The translations under genes were made by a program, and so were the position numbers. A stretch of DNA of 64,000 nt. It comes from Acidobacteriota bacterium (GTDB taxonomy: Bacteria > Acidobacteriota > UBA6911). The stretch spans positions 352,001 through 416,000 of the forward strand of contig OY761556.1 in the NCBI GenBank assembly GCA_963664705.1, given 5' to 3'. The notes below the pieces were generated by a model. The model was given only the letters and a program-made list of their open reading frames with translations, was not told where the DNA came from and did no database searches. The first letter of the stretch is position 1; each line of letters begins with the position of its first letter. Shown one piece after another: positions 1 to 9,620 of the stretch.

Positions 1-1
1 A

Positions 2-637
2 GCCGGCGGATCCGTCATTTACTGGTTTACCGGGGCATCCACGCAAGCGGTAAGCACCGGAGCTTATCGAGCGGTTGAATTCATCAAAGCCAACATCAAG
101 CTCGAGGGCGTCGAAAAAGCATCCGTGACCGACAGCAAGAAGGTCGTGGAGATCTGTACGCGCTATGCGCAGAAGGGCATGTTCAACATATTCCTGACCG
201 TGTTCTTCTCAACCCTCGCGTTCGCTTTTGTGGAACCTTTCTTCTTCATTGGCTACCTCATCTCCATTGCTCTTTTTGGACTGTTCCAGGCCATCTTTAT
301 GGCAAATGCCGGAGCTGCCTGGGATAATGCCAAAAAGATCGTCGAGGTCGAATTGAAGGAAAAGGGGACGCCGCTTCATGCTGCCACCGTTGTCGGCGAT
401 ACGGTTGGAGATCCCTTCAAGGATACTTCTTCTGTGGCTATGAACCCCGTCATCAAGTTTACGACGTTGTTCGGTATGTTGGCGGTTGAACTTGCTGTCA
501 GTATGTCTTCCAAGGCCGCGGGCAGCAATCTCGTTATTGCCGCGATCTTTCTGCTGATTGCGATGGTCTTCGTGGTGCGGTCCTTCTATGGAATGCGCAT
601 TCGTGCGGAAGCATCCGAGATGAAATCCCACGCCTAG
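2..637 (+). CDS. hppA: Membrane-bound H+/Na+-translocating pyrophosphatase, 3' part (5' end outside window)
   Basis: Frame open from position 2; conserved C-terminal motifs ANAGAAWDNAKK and GDTVGDPFKDTS. Confidence 0.95.
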   Translation, partial: AGGSVIYWFTGASTQAVSTGAYRAVEFIKANIKLEGVEKASVTDSKKVVEICTRYAQKGMFNIFLTVFFSTLAFAFVEPFFFIGYLISIALFGLFQAIFMANAGAAWDNAKKIVEVELKEKGTPLHAATVVGDTVGDPFKDTSSVAMNPVIKFTTLFGMLAVELAVSMSSKAAGSNLVIAAIFLLIAMVFVVRSFYGMRIRAEASEMKSHA

Positions 638-646
638 CATTGGTTT

Positions 647-693
647 GATTGCAGATTCCAGATTCCAGATTCCTAATCTGGAATCTGGAATCC
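647..693. repeat. Back-to-back heptamer arrays (GATTCCA)n/(AATCTGG)n forming a perfect 18-bp hairpin
   Basis: 654-671 GATTCCAGATTCCAGATT is the exact reverse complement of 675-692, with a 3-nt loop; lies between convergent genes. Confidence 0.9.
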
Positions 694-711
694 TTCGTCT
701 GGAACCCTGCA

Positions 712-1545
712 TTACTGGTTATACTGAATTACCTTCTGCTTGAAAGCGTCCATGGTCAGGCGCCCCGCCTTGTAATCGGAAATCCACGATTTGCGCACGG
801 AAATAATATCCGCCCTAGTCCGCTGATCCTCATCGTAACTGTCGGTAGTGAGTACGAGATTGATATGCTCCTCGGGCTTTACGGTCGTCATGCCGTCGCC
901 ATAATTCGCCAGGGCTTCAATCAGGTATATCTTGGCTTCGGAAAGGCTTTTTAGAAACTTCTCCTGGTTGGCGGCTGCATCTTCCCGCAACTTCTTCGTT
1001 CGCGCCTGGGCCTCTTCCAGTGATTTCTTGATTTTGGCACCACTCACTTCAACCGCCGGGGGTGCTGGCGGAGACGGCGGAGCTGCTACGGCCGGGGGAG
1101 CCGGGGCAACTGGGCTGTTCTTACCGCTGCCGGCAGCATCCGACCTGGCTCTTTCCATGGCCCTTAGCGTGGCATTTCTGGCCAGTTCTTGCGATTGCAA
1201 ACGGATTTCCTCGCTCATGTCCGCTATTTCCTGTTGAAACTCTGGCCCGAAATCAAAGTTAAAGTTGAAGTTCGACATTCCGGAAGCCCGAAATCCTGAA
1301 GTCGGTATTTCAAATACGGCTCCCTGACCCGAGAGGTAAAAAGCCTTCATGTTTGAGAAGCGAAAGCGCGCCGTCCTCTTTTCAGAATTCTGGGAGAAGA
1401 ACGTCAGCGTTGTATTCAGAATCCCTTTCATTATCTCAAGTTCCGCTCTGGATTTACTGGTATCAAACGGTTCTTTGACTCCCTGGCCCCACGAGGAGGT
1501 TCCAAGAAGCAGAACTATAGCGATGCATGCGATATGCCGTTTCAT
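712..1545 (-). CDS. Exported hypothetical protein with Pro/Ala linker, third gene of ECF sigma operon
   Basis: N-terminal signal peptide, GGAGG RBS, follows anti-sigma gene. Confidence 0.7.
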   Translation of the reverse strand: MKRHIACIAIVLLLGTSSWGQGVKEPFDTSKSRAELEIMKGILNTTLTFFSQNSEKRTARFRFSNMKAFYLSGQGAVFEIPTSGFRASGMSNFNFNFDFGPEFQQEIADMSEEIRLQSQELARNATLRAMERARSDAAGSGKNSPVAPAPPAVAAPPSPPAPPAVEVSGAKIKKSLEEAQARTKKLREDAAANQEKFLKSLSEAKIYLIEALANYGDGMTTVKPEEHINLVLTTDSYDEDQRTRADIISVRKSWISDYKAGRLTMDAFKQKVIQYNQ

Positions 1546-1567
1546 TCTATCCTCCGTAAGTTATTGA

Positions 1568-2335
1568 TTATCTATATTTTAAATCCGCGACCTGCAATAG
1601 CGTGCCCAGGATTTCATTGGTTTGTCGCGCTTTTATGGCGTTGTTTGCATCCGTGCTGTCCAACCGAAGGTTGATCGTTTCCAGATCCTGTGCCCGCTGC
1701 TGTGCAACCACGCGATAGAGATCTGAAACCAGCATCCTCGCATTGTCACCAGCCTGTCCTTCCGAACTCCTGATCTTTCCCGTGAGCTTCGAATCCATTT
1801 GAGCCAAGGCAGCTGTAAACTGGGCCTGCTGTTCCTTGGAAAGGCTGTTCCAGGAGCGGGAAATCTCGCTGCGCAGTTCAGCCGTCCATGCCACATTGGC
1901 TTCGTGGTTCCTTTTCTCCGCCTCGGCCAGGATTTCCTTTTTAAGAGCTGTTGCGTCGATATCCGGCTTGCCAAAGCTGATGGCCCATCCCGATGAATCG
2001 GCTCTCACCTGCAGACGTGTAAGTCCAGCCAACCCCACGCAGAGCAGGAAAACGGCAGCGGCAGCGAAAGCTGCGCGCCATCCGAGAGGTATTCTATGGA
2101 ACAGCTGCCAATGAGCCGGGACTCGTTCTTCCGGGTAAACGAAAAAGTGATGGGGAACGGATTCGTCTTCGACCGCTGCCAGTTGGCTGATCGTGTGCCG
2201 ATAGCCCTCCAGCTCCGAACGACAGGAAGAACATGTAGCGAGATGAGCTTCCAGCGCCTGTTTGTCGTCATTCGTGATGTCACCCAGGCTGTAGGCTGCA
2301 ATCTTTGTCTGATGTTCGCTGCATTCGGATTTCAT
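1568..2335 (-). CDS. Zinc-finger (zf-HC2/ZAS) transmembrane anti-sigma factor
   Basis: HxxxCxxC (HLATCSSC), one TM helix, directly downstream of ECF sigma. Confidence 0.85.
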   Translation of the reverse strand: MKSECSEHQTKIAAYSLGDITNDDKQALEAHLATCSSCRSELEGYRHTISQLAAVEDESVPHHFFVYPEERVPAHWQLFHRIPLGWRAAFAAAAVFLLCVGLAGLTRLQVRADSSGWAISFGKPDIDATALKKEILAEAEKRNHEANVAWTAELRSEISRSWNSLSKEQQAQFTAALAQMDSKLTGKIRSSEGQAGDNARMLVSDLYRVVAQQRAQDLETINLRLDSTDANNAIKARQTNEILGTLLQVADLKYR

Positions 2336-2351
2336 ACAATACCTCCGGGTA

Positions 2352-2969
2352 TCAGGCTTCCTCGGTGCCCAGCCTGTTTTTCAGCATTTCCAGCCCTGAG
2401 TAGAGCCGTGACTTGATTGTACTGATAGGGATCTCCAGCACTGTGGCGATTTCCTCGAACGTCAACTCTTCAAAGAATTTCAATTCGATGACTGCCTGCT
2501 GTTCCGGAGGCAGCCGCCAAACGGCTGCCAGAATACGGTCGCGTTGTTCCCGCCGCAGGAGATCCCCGACCTGATTCCCGGCGATACGCAATTGCGGTGC
2601 CGGGCTGTCCGCACTGCTTTCCTCTTCAAGGGAGCAATGGGTTCCGGGCGGCCGCTGTTTCACGCGGGTCAGGCAATGGTTCAGAACAATGCGATAGATC
2701 CATGTGGAGAATTTTGAGTCTCTCCGGAAGCGATTGATGTTTTTGTAAGCCAGAAGAAAGGCGTCCTGGGTTGCTTCCGCAGCCTCCTCGCGGTCCCGCA
2801 GGATTCGGAGCGCTATGTTGTAAACGCTCTTCTCCCATTTCAGCACCAGGCGATTGAATGCCCGGGTGTCGCCATGCTGACTGGCTGCCACCCAGGAATT
2901 CTCCTGATCCTGGTCGGATGCAATCGACGATCGTTCAGTTTGGATCATGGAGCCCGCGAATTCGTTCAT
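2352..2969 (-). CDS. ECF RNA polymerase sigma-70 family factor
   Basis: Region 2 (AFNRLV...EATQDAFL...FSTWIYRI) and region 4 (EEIATVLEIPISTIKSRL). Confidence 0.95.
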   Translation of the reverse strand: MNEFAGSMIQTERSSIASDQDQENSWVAASQHGDTRAFNRLVLKWEKSVYNIALRILRDREEAAEATQDAFLLAYKNINRFRRDSKFSTWIYRIVLNHCLTRVKQRPPGTHCSLEEESSADSPAPQLRIAGNQVGDLLRREQRDRILAAVWRLPPEQQAVIELKFFEELTFEEIATVLEIPISTIKSRLYSGLEMLKNRLGTEEA

Positions 2970-2977
2970 CGCTTACA

Positions 2978-3005
2978 TTTGACATGGATTTAAAGAAAAA
3001 AGTCG
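2978..3005 (-). promoter_or_regulatory. Possible autoregulatory ECF promoter
   Basis: Minus strand CGACTT-N17-TCAAA just upstream of the sigma start, resembling the RpoE-type GAACTT/TCAAA consensus. Confidence 0.3.
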
Positions 3006-3446
3006 ACCGAAATAGGAAACTTCTCGTATTAGCTTAGCATGCGGCCCAAGGGTATTTCAGCGATTACGGGACGCAGTTCGGAGATGCGACCGGGAGGCCT
3101 GAATCTCCAAACATTAGTTGCTACAAGTTTTTGCGGCTCAAAGGTTCAACGCCATTTTGTTTCTAGACGACGTAATTACCCGGTGGTAATATGTGGGGCG
3201 TCGGACCCCCGGCCCGGCTATTTTTTGGATAAAGAAGGAAAGGCATGGCTGAATTTCGTTCCCTGCGAAGATTCAATCTCATGGAGCCCTGCCTCCCCGC
3301 AAGTTTTGGTGATACCATTTCTATCCACCTGTATCTAATCAATCGATGAATGACGGGGATATATATGGGCACCTCCATGAGGCACGGGGCCGGCTAAACT
3401 CGGAAATGGGAAGGGGACCCTTACCAATTTTTCGGAAGATATTCTG

Positions 3447-4616
3447 ATGACGGGAAGCAGCAGCAAAGACGGGATGTTCGGACGGTTTAAGGAACCGAGA
3501 ACGCAGGCATCACTCTTTCACTATGTAAAGGAGACGCCTGATCCTGGTGTGTTCGAGGACATGGATTGGAGCTTTTTGCTTCATCCGATTCGCACTGTCA
3601 AGGAATCGTGGAAAGAGCCGCGCACAAAGCCCTCGCTTTTCCATTATGTTGATCAGGAGCCCAAACATCACGAGAGTTTTAGAGAATTCCTGGACGACCT
3701 GTTGACCGGGTACAAAAACCCGCTGTTTATCCCTTCCGTCTTTGCCGACCAGGATGGGCTGGTTCTCGAGCGCGCGCAGGGAAGAACGCGAAAAATTGAA
3801 GCCGGCTTTGTTTCGATTTTGGTTCACGGACTCGTCATCTTTATTGCCGCGTTCGTTCTGCTTCACGAGCCGTCGAAAGATTCGGCGGAAAAGGACAATA
3901 CCGTTTTTGTCAACAACCCGGTCTATTCTCCGTATGAAGGGGATGGTCGGGATGGCGGCGGTGGTGGCGGTGGCGGAAAAAATCAGCCTTTACCGCAGGC
4001 AACCGGGCGCATGCCTGAGACCACGCGCGTTCAGATGGTTCCGCCCGATCCGGAAAATCCAAGGCCGTTAATGCCTGCCGAAGACCTGTTGGCGCAGGTT
4101 CCCAGCGTGCAGATGCCTATCGATATTCCTCAGGATCAATCGCTTCCCATTGGAGACATCAGTGCGCCTCCGAACGGTTCGATGTCTTCGGGGCCGGGCA
4201 GAGGTGGCGGTATCGGAACCGGCAGCGGCACGGGTGTCGGATCCGGATCCGGAGCGGGAGTAGGACCCGGAAGTGGTGGGGGTATGGGCGGAGGCTCCGG
4301 CGGTGGTATCGGTTCCGGTGTCGGTCCTTATGTGGTGGGCAACGGTGTGAAAGCTCCAGTCCCCTTGTATCAGCCCCTGCCTGCCTACACCGAAGAAGCG
4401 CGCAAAGCCAGAGCTGAAGGGATCGTTGTCATTCAAGCCATTGTTCGTAAGGATGGAACCGTCGACAGTTTCAAGATACTGAGAGGCCTCGGATACGGGT
4501 TGGACGAGTCCGCCATCCAGACGATTGCGCAGAAGTGGCGTTTCAAGCCGGGCACATTTAACGGTTCGCCTGTGGATGTACAGGCCAACATCGAAGTCTC
4601 ATTCCGGCTTTACTAG
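3447..4616 (+). CDS. tonB: TonB family energy transducer
   Basis: TM helix with His (ILVHG), Gly/Pro-rich linker, TonB_C domain (PAYTEEARKARAEG...WRFKPG). Confidence 0.9.
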   Translation: MTGSSSKDGMFGRFKEPRTQASLFHYVKETPDPGVFEDMDWSFLLHPIRTVKESWKEPRTKPSLFHYVDQEPKHHESFREFLDDLLTGYKNPLFIPSVFADQDGLVLERAQGRTRKIEAGFVSILVHGLVIFIAAFVLLHEPSKDSAEKDNTVFVNNPVYSPYEGDGRDGGGGGGGGKNQPLPQATGRMPETTRVQMVPPDPENPRPLMPAEDLLAQVPSVQMPIDIPQDQSLPIGDISAPPNGSMSSGPGRGGGIGTGSGTGVGSGSGAGVGPGSGGGMGGGSGGGIGSGVGPYVVGNGVKAPVPLYQPLPAYTEEARKARAEGIVVIQAIVRKDGTVDSFKILRGLGYGLDESAIQTIAQKWRFKPGTFNGSPVDVQANIEVSFRLY

Positions 4617-4683
4617 GAAGATTCGGCAGGGAATCTAACGAATCGCTGAGCCTGGCGGCTCTGGATTCAGGAGCACAAAGTTC

Positions 4684-5130
4684 ATGGCAATGAAGGTAGG
4701 GAAAAAAGGGGTCAACGCGGACATCAATATCACTCCATATATTGATATCCTCCTCGTGCTGTTGATCATCTTCATGGTGGCCGCTCCGTTAAAGCAGCAT
4801 GACCACCCTGTTCGCGTGCCGCAACCGGCGCCGGCAACCCAGCCCAAAGATGTCAAACCGGATTCCATCATCGTCGATATCGATTTGGACCATACCGTTA
4901 AGCTGAATAACCAGCCGGTTACCTTGGAGCAATTGGAGACCACCCTGACGCAGGTTTTCGCTCGCCGCGCTGTCAAGAACATGTTTATCCGCGGCGATTC
5001 CTCGCTTCCTTACGGGGATGTCTTTATTCTCCTGGATATCGCCAAACGTTCCGGTGTCGGGGATATTGCCTTGCTCGACAAGAAGGCAAAGGGTGAGTCA
5101 CCGGCAGGTTCCGCCAAAGGCAGCCACTAA
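4684..5130 (+). CDS. exbD: Biopolymer transporter ExbD/TolR
   Basis: INITPYIDILLVLLIIFMV motif; IRGD..LPYG.V. Confidence 0.9.
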   Translation: MAMKVGKKGVNADINITPYIDILLVLLIIFMVAAPLKQHDHPVRVPQPAPATQPKDVKPDSIIVDIDLDHTVKLNNQPVTLEQLETTLTQVFARRAVKNMFIRGDSSLPYGDVFILLDIAKRSGVGDIALLDKKAKGESPAGSAKGSH

Positions 5131-5184
5131 TTTCACAAAATAGGCCTTAGCCTCCGCCAATCCAGAGTAGAATAGCGGACGGAT

Positions 5185-6762
5185 ATGAAAATTCCGTTCG
5201 TGCAGAATCCGCTTGTTGTATTCATCGGGATCGGCCTGATCGTCATCTCGACAGCCAGCCTGAGCTTCGTCAGCTATCGTTATACGGTTGGACGCGAAAA
5301 CCTGGCCGAAACAACCCTTTATCAGGCAGAAAACAAACTTGCGAACCAGTATGTCGATCGGATCGAGCAGGAAATTCTGTACAATGACCGCATCCTCTCG
5401 GAAATGGTTGACATTAATGAGCCGACCACGTGGCCGGCTGCCGTCGATGCCATCAAGAATGCCGATTTGAATGTCGACCAGGTTTATTTTTTGAGACCTC
5501 CAAGCAATTATCCGATTTTCCCACCCTATTCCTTTGAGATCCGCAACGAGTGGGGACGGTTCCGCGCCAGTTTCAAAACCAATGAACTCAACCTGGATCA
5601 TATCCCTCTGAATCAGCCTCATCACCTGCACAAGGAAAAGCCGGACAACTATTTTTTTGTTACCTATGTCCTGCGCGAGACCCGGGATGGAACGCGAATC
5701 CTCGTCTGCTATCAGATGAATTATGAAAAGATGCGGGCATTGCTGGATAAGTACTTGGGGAACGTTCAGGATTTCTATGTCAGCATTGTGGATTACGATA
5801 ACAATACAATTTATGGACAGCCTATTTCGCATTCCTCGAAATACTTGGATGAAAAGCGGTTCCCGTCCACTCTCTACAAATGGCTTCTTCAAATCGTTCC
5901 AAGGAATTATCCCGAACTCGAAGCTACGGTAAAAAACCAGCGGCGCACGAACCTGTTTTTCATTGTTCTGAGCATGTCGACCATTTTTTTCAGCCTGACC
6001 ATTATCTACGGGGCGTGGCGGCATGATCGCCAGTTGCGGCAGTTGAAGGAAAATTTTATCAGCAATGTCAGTCATGAACTGAAAACGCCATTGTCTCTGA
6101 TTCGGATGTTCAGCGAAATCCTGGTGACCGGAAGAGTGCGGAGCGAGGATAAAAAGCAGGAATACTACCGGATCATACACAATGAAAGCGACCGTATGTC
6201 GCGGCTGATTGCCAACCTGCTGGATTTCGCGAACCTGGTCCGCGGGATTGAACAAAAGCATTTTGAAAAGATTGATCTCGCACAGGTTGTGACCAAGGCG
6301 CTGGAGGCCTATCGCTACGAAATCCAAAAAGACGGGTTTCAGCTGACCTTTGAAGCCGACCCGGACCTCCCGGAGTCCTACGGGGATCCTAACGCCATTA
6401 CCATGGCGTTGCTGAACCTCCTGGATAATTCCGTCAAGTATTCCCGCGATCAGAAGCAGATTGACATCCGCGTGCGCAGAGTCGACAAGTTTCTGTATAT
6501 TTCTGTCCAGGACAGGGGAATAGGGATTCCTCTGGCGGAGCAGCATAAGATATTTGATCAATTCTATCGGGGGGCGGATTCGTCCGTCCGGCAGATTCGA
6601 GGGAGTGGCATAGGCCTCGCCATTACGCGAAGAGTCGCCAGGATGCACGGCGGCGATGTGCTGGTTGAAAGTGAGCAGGGGAAAGGGAGCACCTTCACCC
6701 TGCGCATTCCCATTATTGAAAATTCCAGATTCCAGATTTCAGATTCCAGATCTTCCGTTTAA
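5185..6762 (+). CDS. Membrane sensor histidine kinase
   Basis: Two TM helices, H-box SHELKTPL, N/G boxes (NLLDNSVKY, DRGIGI, GSGIGL). Confidence 0.95.
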   Translation: MKIPFVQNPLVVFIGIGLIVISTASLSFVSYRYTVGRENLAETTLYQAENKLANQYVDRIEQEILYNDRILSEMVDINEPTTWPAAVDAIKNADLNVDQVYFLRPPSNYPIFPPYSFEIRNEWGRFRASFKTNELNLDHIPLNQPHHLHKEKPDNYFFVTYVLRETRDGTRILVCYQMNYEKMRALLDKYLGNVQDFYVSIVDYDNNTIYGQPISHSSKYLDEKRFPSTLYKWLLQIVPRNYPELEATVKNQRRTNLFFIVLSMSTIFFSLTIIYGAWRHDRQLRQLKENFISNVSHELKTPLSLIRMFSEILVTGRVRSEDKKQEYYRIIHNESDRMSRLIANLLDFANLVRGIEQKHFEKIDLAQVVTKALEAYRYEIQKDGFQLTFEADPDLPESYGDPNAITMALLNLLDNSVKYSRDQKQIDIRVRRVDKFLYISVQDRGIGIPLAEQHKIFDQFYRGADSSVRQIRGSGIGLAITRRVARMHGGDVLVESEQGKGSTFTLRIPIIENSRFQISDSRSSV

Positions 6763-6783
6763 GCCGGGTAGTAGTCTGAAATC
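6721..6783. repeat. Heptamer array (ATTCCAG/ATTTCAG)x4 at the HK-RR junction plus one inverted unit
   Basis: aattccagattccagatttcagattccagat (6721-6751); TCTGAAATC at 6775-6783 is complementary. Confidence 0.75.
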
Positions 6784-6793
6784 CTAGACGCTC

Positions 6794-7471
6794 ATGCAAA
6801 AAGTCCTGATTATTGAAGATGAAAAGGATATGGCTGGCGGGCTCAAGGATATTCTTGAGTTCGAAGGGTACGAGGTCATAACGGCCGGGAATGGCAAAGA
6901 AGGCATTCATGCCGTGGCGCGCAATGAGCCGGATTGCATTATCCTCGATCTGATGTTGCCCGATATGAGCGGCTATGAGGTCTGCGAGCAGTTGCGTCTG
7001 AAACTGAATACCCCGATTCTCATGCTGACGGCAAAGGCTCAGGATCACGACAAAATCCGCGGGTTGAAGGTGGGTGCGGATGACTATCTGACAAAGCCTT
7101 TCAGTGTCGGAGAATTGCTTGCCCGTGTCATGGCCCTGCTTCGTCGCCGCACCCAATATGCGCAGGATTTGGATTTGGTGCGAATCGGTCCCAATCTCGT
7201 TGATGTCAAACATTTCCGGGTGACCCGCGGTAAAAAGGAACACTCCATGTCACACTACGAGGTGGAGCTTTTCAAGCTTTTGTATGCGCATGCCAATCAG
7301 CCGGTTACACGGGATGAAATTCTGGACAAGGTTTGGGGGACCGAAAAGTTTCCAACCAATCGAACGGTCGACAATTTTATTGTGAAGCTCCGAAAGAAGA
7401 TTGAAGAAGATTACAAAAACCCGAAACACATCCTGACGATCTACGGTGTCGGATACAAACTCAGTCCATGA
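6794..7471 (+). CDS. OmpR/PhoB family response regulator
   Basis: REC domain (IIEDE, LDLMLP, GADDYLTKPF) and winged-helix C-terminus. Confidence 0.95.
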   Translation: MQKVLIIEDEKDMAGGLKDILEFEGYEVITAGNGKEGIHAVARNEPDCIILDLMLPDMSGYEVCEQLRLKLNTPILMLTAKAQDHDKIRGLKVGADDYLTKPFSVGELLARVMALLRRRTQYAQDLDLVRIGPNLVDVKHFRVTRGKKEHSMSHYEVELFKLLYAHANQPVTRDEILDKVWGTEKFPTNRTVDNFIVKLRKKIEEDYKNPKHILTIYGVGYKLSP

Positions 7472-8691
7472 ACGCTCTCCGCAATCTTTTGGGAATGCTC
7501 GGCTGCAATCGAAGGTCCATCCAGGCACAAGCCGAACGACAGGCCCTGCCTTTGGGAGTCGTCTGCTTTTGCCTGGGATTTCTTGTCTTCAGCATTTTCC
7601 GCGGAGTGGTGTATGCCTCGCTCCCGGATCTGGCCGGCCAATTCGAGATCACAGACGCAATCCTGCGTCTGGTGCAAACCGTTTTCTATGTGCTCCTGAT
7701 TTACATTCCGGGCGTTATCATCCTGAGCAATGCAATTTCCGGCGATGATCTCGGTTTTGCGGTTTCCAGGGATGAATACCGGGCTCATGCGTCCGCAATG
7801 CTGCCGCTTTGGGGAATGTTGTTTTTGGTTGATGCCCCGCTGCAATATTTTGCGCCGCAGTTCCTTGTTCTTGGCGTTGTCGGCATTTCAATCGGAATGC
7901 TGGTACTCTTGCCGCTCCTGCTTGCGTATACAATTTGGGCTATCAAAGAACTGAATTACCTTTCTCTGACCCGCGCGACGGCTGTGTTCATGCTGTTGCT
8001 TTTTACGTTGCCGCTTTATACCCTGATTACTTCGATGCCATTCCGATTGTCCTTGCCGTTTCTCCTCTTTCTGCTGCTGCTGGTCCGTGGCTATCACAGG
8101 ATACGGGGATATATTTCCTTCCGTGCCGGCGAGAATGATCTTCAACAAAGCCTGAATGCCTTGACTCTGAACCCGCAGGATGCAGGGTTACACCACCGGC
8201 TTGGAACCATCCATCTTGATCGGGGTGACCCTAGCGGTGCCCGCAGGTATTTTGAGAATGCCCTGGCAAAGGATTCGAAGAACCCTGACTACCATTATTC
8301 CATGGGCCGTACGTGGGAACGAACAGGGGATTGGTCGCAGGCGCTGTCCCAATATGAGGAAGCCTACAGGCTTGATCCCGAATGCGCGTCGCGTGATATT
8401 TGCCGCGAAGTCGGGAAGGGATATCTGAATACCGGCCAAATCGAGAAGGGGAGCGATTTTCTCCAGTCATTTCTGGCAGGGCGGGATGCGGATCCCGAAG
8501 GGCGCTATTGGCTGGCGGTCGCGATGCAGAAGGCTGGGAAATACGACCAGATGCGCCTGCATCTGGGGTTGATGCGCGAACATTTGCATGCGGGTTCGCG
8601 CTCATTCAGAAAAAAGAATCGTGAGTGGATATACAAAGCAAGAAATCTTTTTCGTAGTACCGGGCTATGTGCGGACGAGAGTGGGCGTTGA
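7468..8691 (+). CDS. Membrane protein (Yip1-like TM region) with C-terminal TPR repeats
   Basis: About 6 hydrophobic segments followed by TPR-like helices. Confidence 0.7.
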   Translation: MNALRNLLGMLGCNRRSIQAQAERQALPLGVVCFCLGFLVFSIFRGVVYASLPDLAGQFEITDAILRLVQTVFYVLLIYIPGVIILSNAISGDDLGFAVSRDEYRAHASAMLPLWGMLFLVDAPLQYFAPQFLVLGVVGISIGMLVLLPLLLAYTIWAIKELNYLSLTRATAVFMLLLFTLPLYTLITSMPFRLSLPFLLFLLLLVRGYHRIRGYISFRAGENDLQQSLNALTLNPQDAGLHHRLGTIHLDRGDPSGARRYFENALAKDSKNPDYHYSMGRTWERTGDWSQALSQYEEAYRLDPECASRDICREVGKGYLNTGQIEKGSDFLQSFLAGRDADPEGRYWLAVAMQKAGKYDQMRLHLGLMREHLHAGSRSFRKKNREWIYKARNLFRSTGLCADESGR

Positions 8692-8756
8692 ACGAGACCC
8701 TGCCGTGTCTGCGCAACCGGCTGTATTCTCAATGCCGTTTATGCTAGGTTGATTCT

Positions 8757-9140
8757 ATGCGAAGCTATACCGAAGATCATGCCAAGTCGGGGATCGATGC
8801 CCCGTTGCCAGCTATTGAATGCTGGGAAAATCAATATCCCAATTACCAGATCGAGATTGTGATTCCGGAATACACGGCCATTTGCCCCAAAACGGGTCTG
8901 CCGGACTTCGGGACGATCTATATTACCTATGTGCCCGATCAGTGGTGCCTGGAACTCAAATCTTTGAAAGAATATATGAATGCTTTTAGAGATCTGGGCA
9001 TCTTCTATGAAAACGCGGTGAATCGGATTTTGAAGGATCTGGTTTCAGCCTGTAAACCTGTGTCGATGACGATTCGCGGGGAGTTCACACCTCGTGGCGG
9101 CATCCAGAGCCGCGTGGAAGCGCGCTACGTGCGGCCTTAA
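8757..9140 (+). CDS. queF: NADPH-dependent 7-cyano-7-deazaguanine (preQ0) reductase, unimodular type
   Basis: CPKTGLPDFG, ELKSLKEY and TPRGGI motifs. Confidence 0.95.
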   Translation: MRSYTEDHAKSGIDAPLPAIECWENQYPNYQIEIVIPEYTAICPKTGLPDFGTIYITYVPDQWCLELKSLKEYMNAFRDLGIFYENAVNRILKDLVSACKPVSMTIRGEFTPRGGIQSRVEARYVRP

Positions 9141-9143
9141 CCC

Positions 9144-9536
9144 ATGAAATCGATCGAATTGAAACGGACGGTCCGTTGGGCTGATGTGGACGCTGCCGGC
9201 AGGATCTATTTCCCGCGGATATTCGATTACGTCGCCGAGGGCGAATGGGAACTACTGCATAGCCTGGGGCTGTCGCGAAAGGAAATGGGAAAAACCTATG
9301 ATTTCCCGCGCGTCCATGTCGAATGTAACTTTCGGAAGCAGCTCGGTCTGGGAGTTCGGTTTACGATCAGGTTCTGGCCTGAAAAACTGGGCCGTACTTC
9401 CATTAACTATGCGTTTGAAGTGTATCTCGAGAGTGAGCCGGGAGAAATCGCCGCTTCCGGCAGCATGACTGTTGTTGTTCTTCATGCAGGACAACCCGCC
9501 GAAATTCCTTCCCTTATTCGCGACGCATTCGAATAA
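9144..9536 (+). CDS. Acyl-CoA thioesterase (4HBT hotdog family)
   Basis: VRWADVDAAGRIYF motif. Confidence 0.85.
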   Translation: MKSIELKRTVRWADVDAAGRIYFPRIFDYVAEGEWELLHSLGLSRKEMGKTYDFPRVHVECNFRKQLGLGVRFTIRFWPEKLGRTSINYAFEVYLESEPGEIAASGSMTVVVLHAGQPAEIPSLIRDAFE

Positions 9537-9576
9537 TTCTGGATTCCCGATTCCCGATTTCAGATTCCAGATTTTC
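9535..9576 (+). repeat. Heptamer array GATT(C/T)C(C/A), left flank of four-helix-bundle gene
   Basis: AATTCTG GATTCCC GATTCCC GATTTCA GATTCCA GATTTTC. Confidence 0.85.
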
Positions 9577-9620
9577 AAAGAAATTGTTGGCACTTTCGGA
9601 AGAATCGCGATTAGTTGGAT

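Noticed and set aside
4190-4330. GGC/GGT-rich repetitive DNA
   Set aside because: It simply encodes the Gly-rich TonB linker.
5098-6648. 516-aa minus-strand ORF (likewise 36677-38233, 58758-59927, 41234-42133)
   Set aside because: These are antisense shadows of well-supported genes, with no recognisable motifs.
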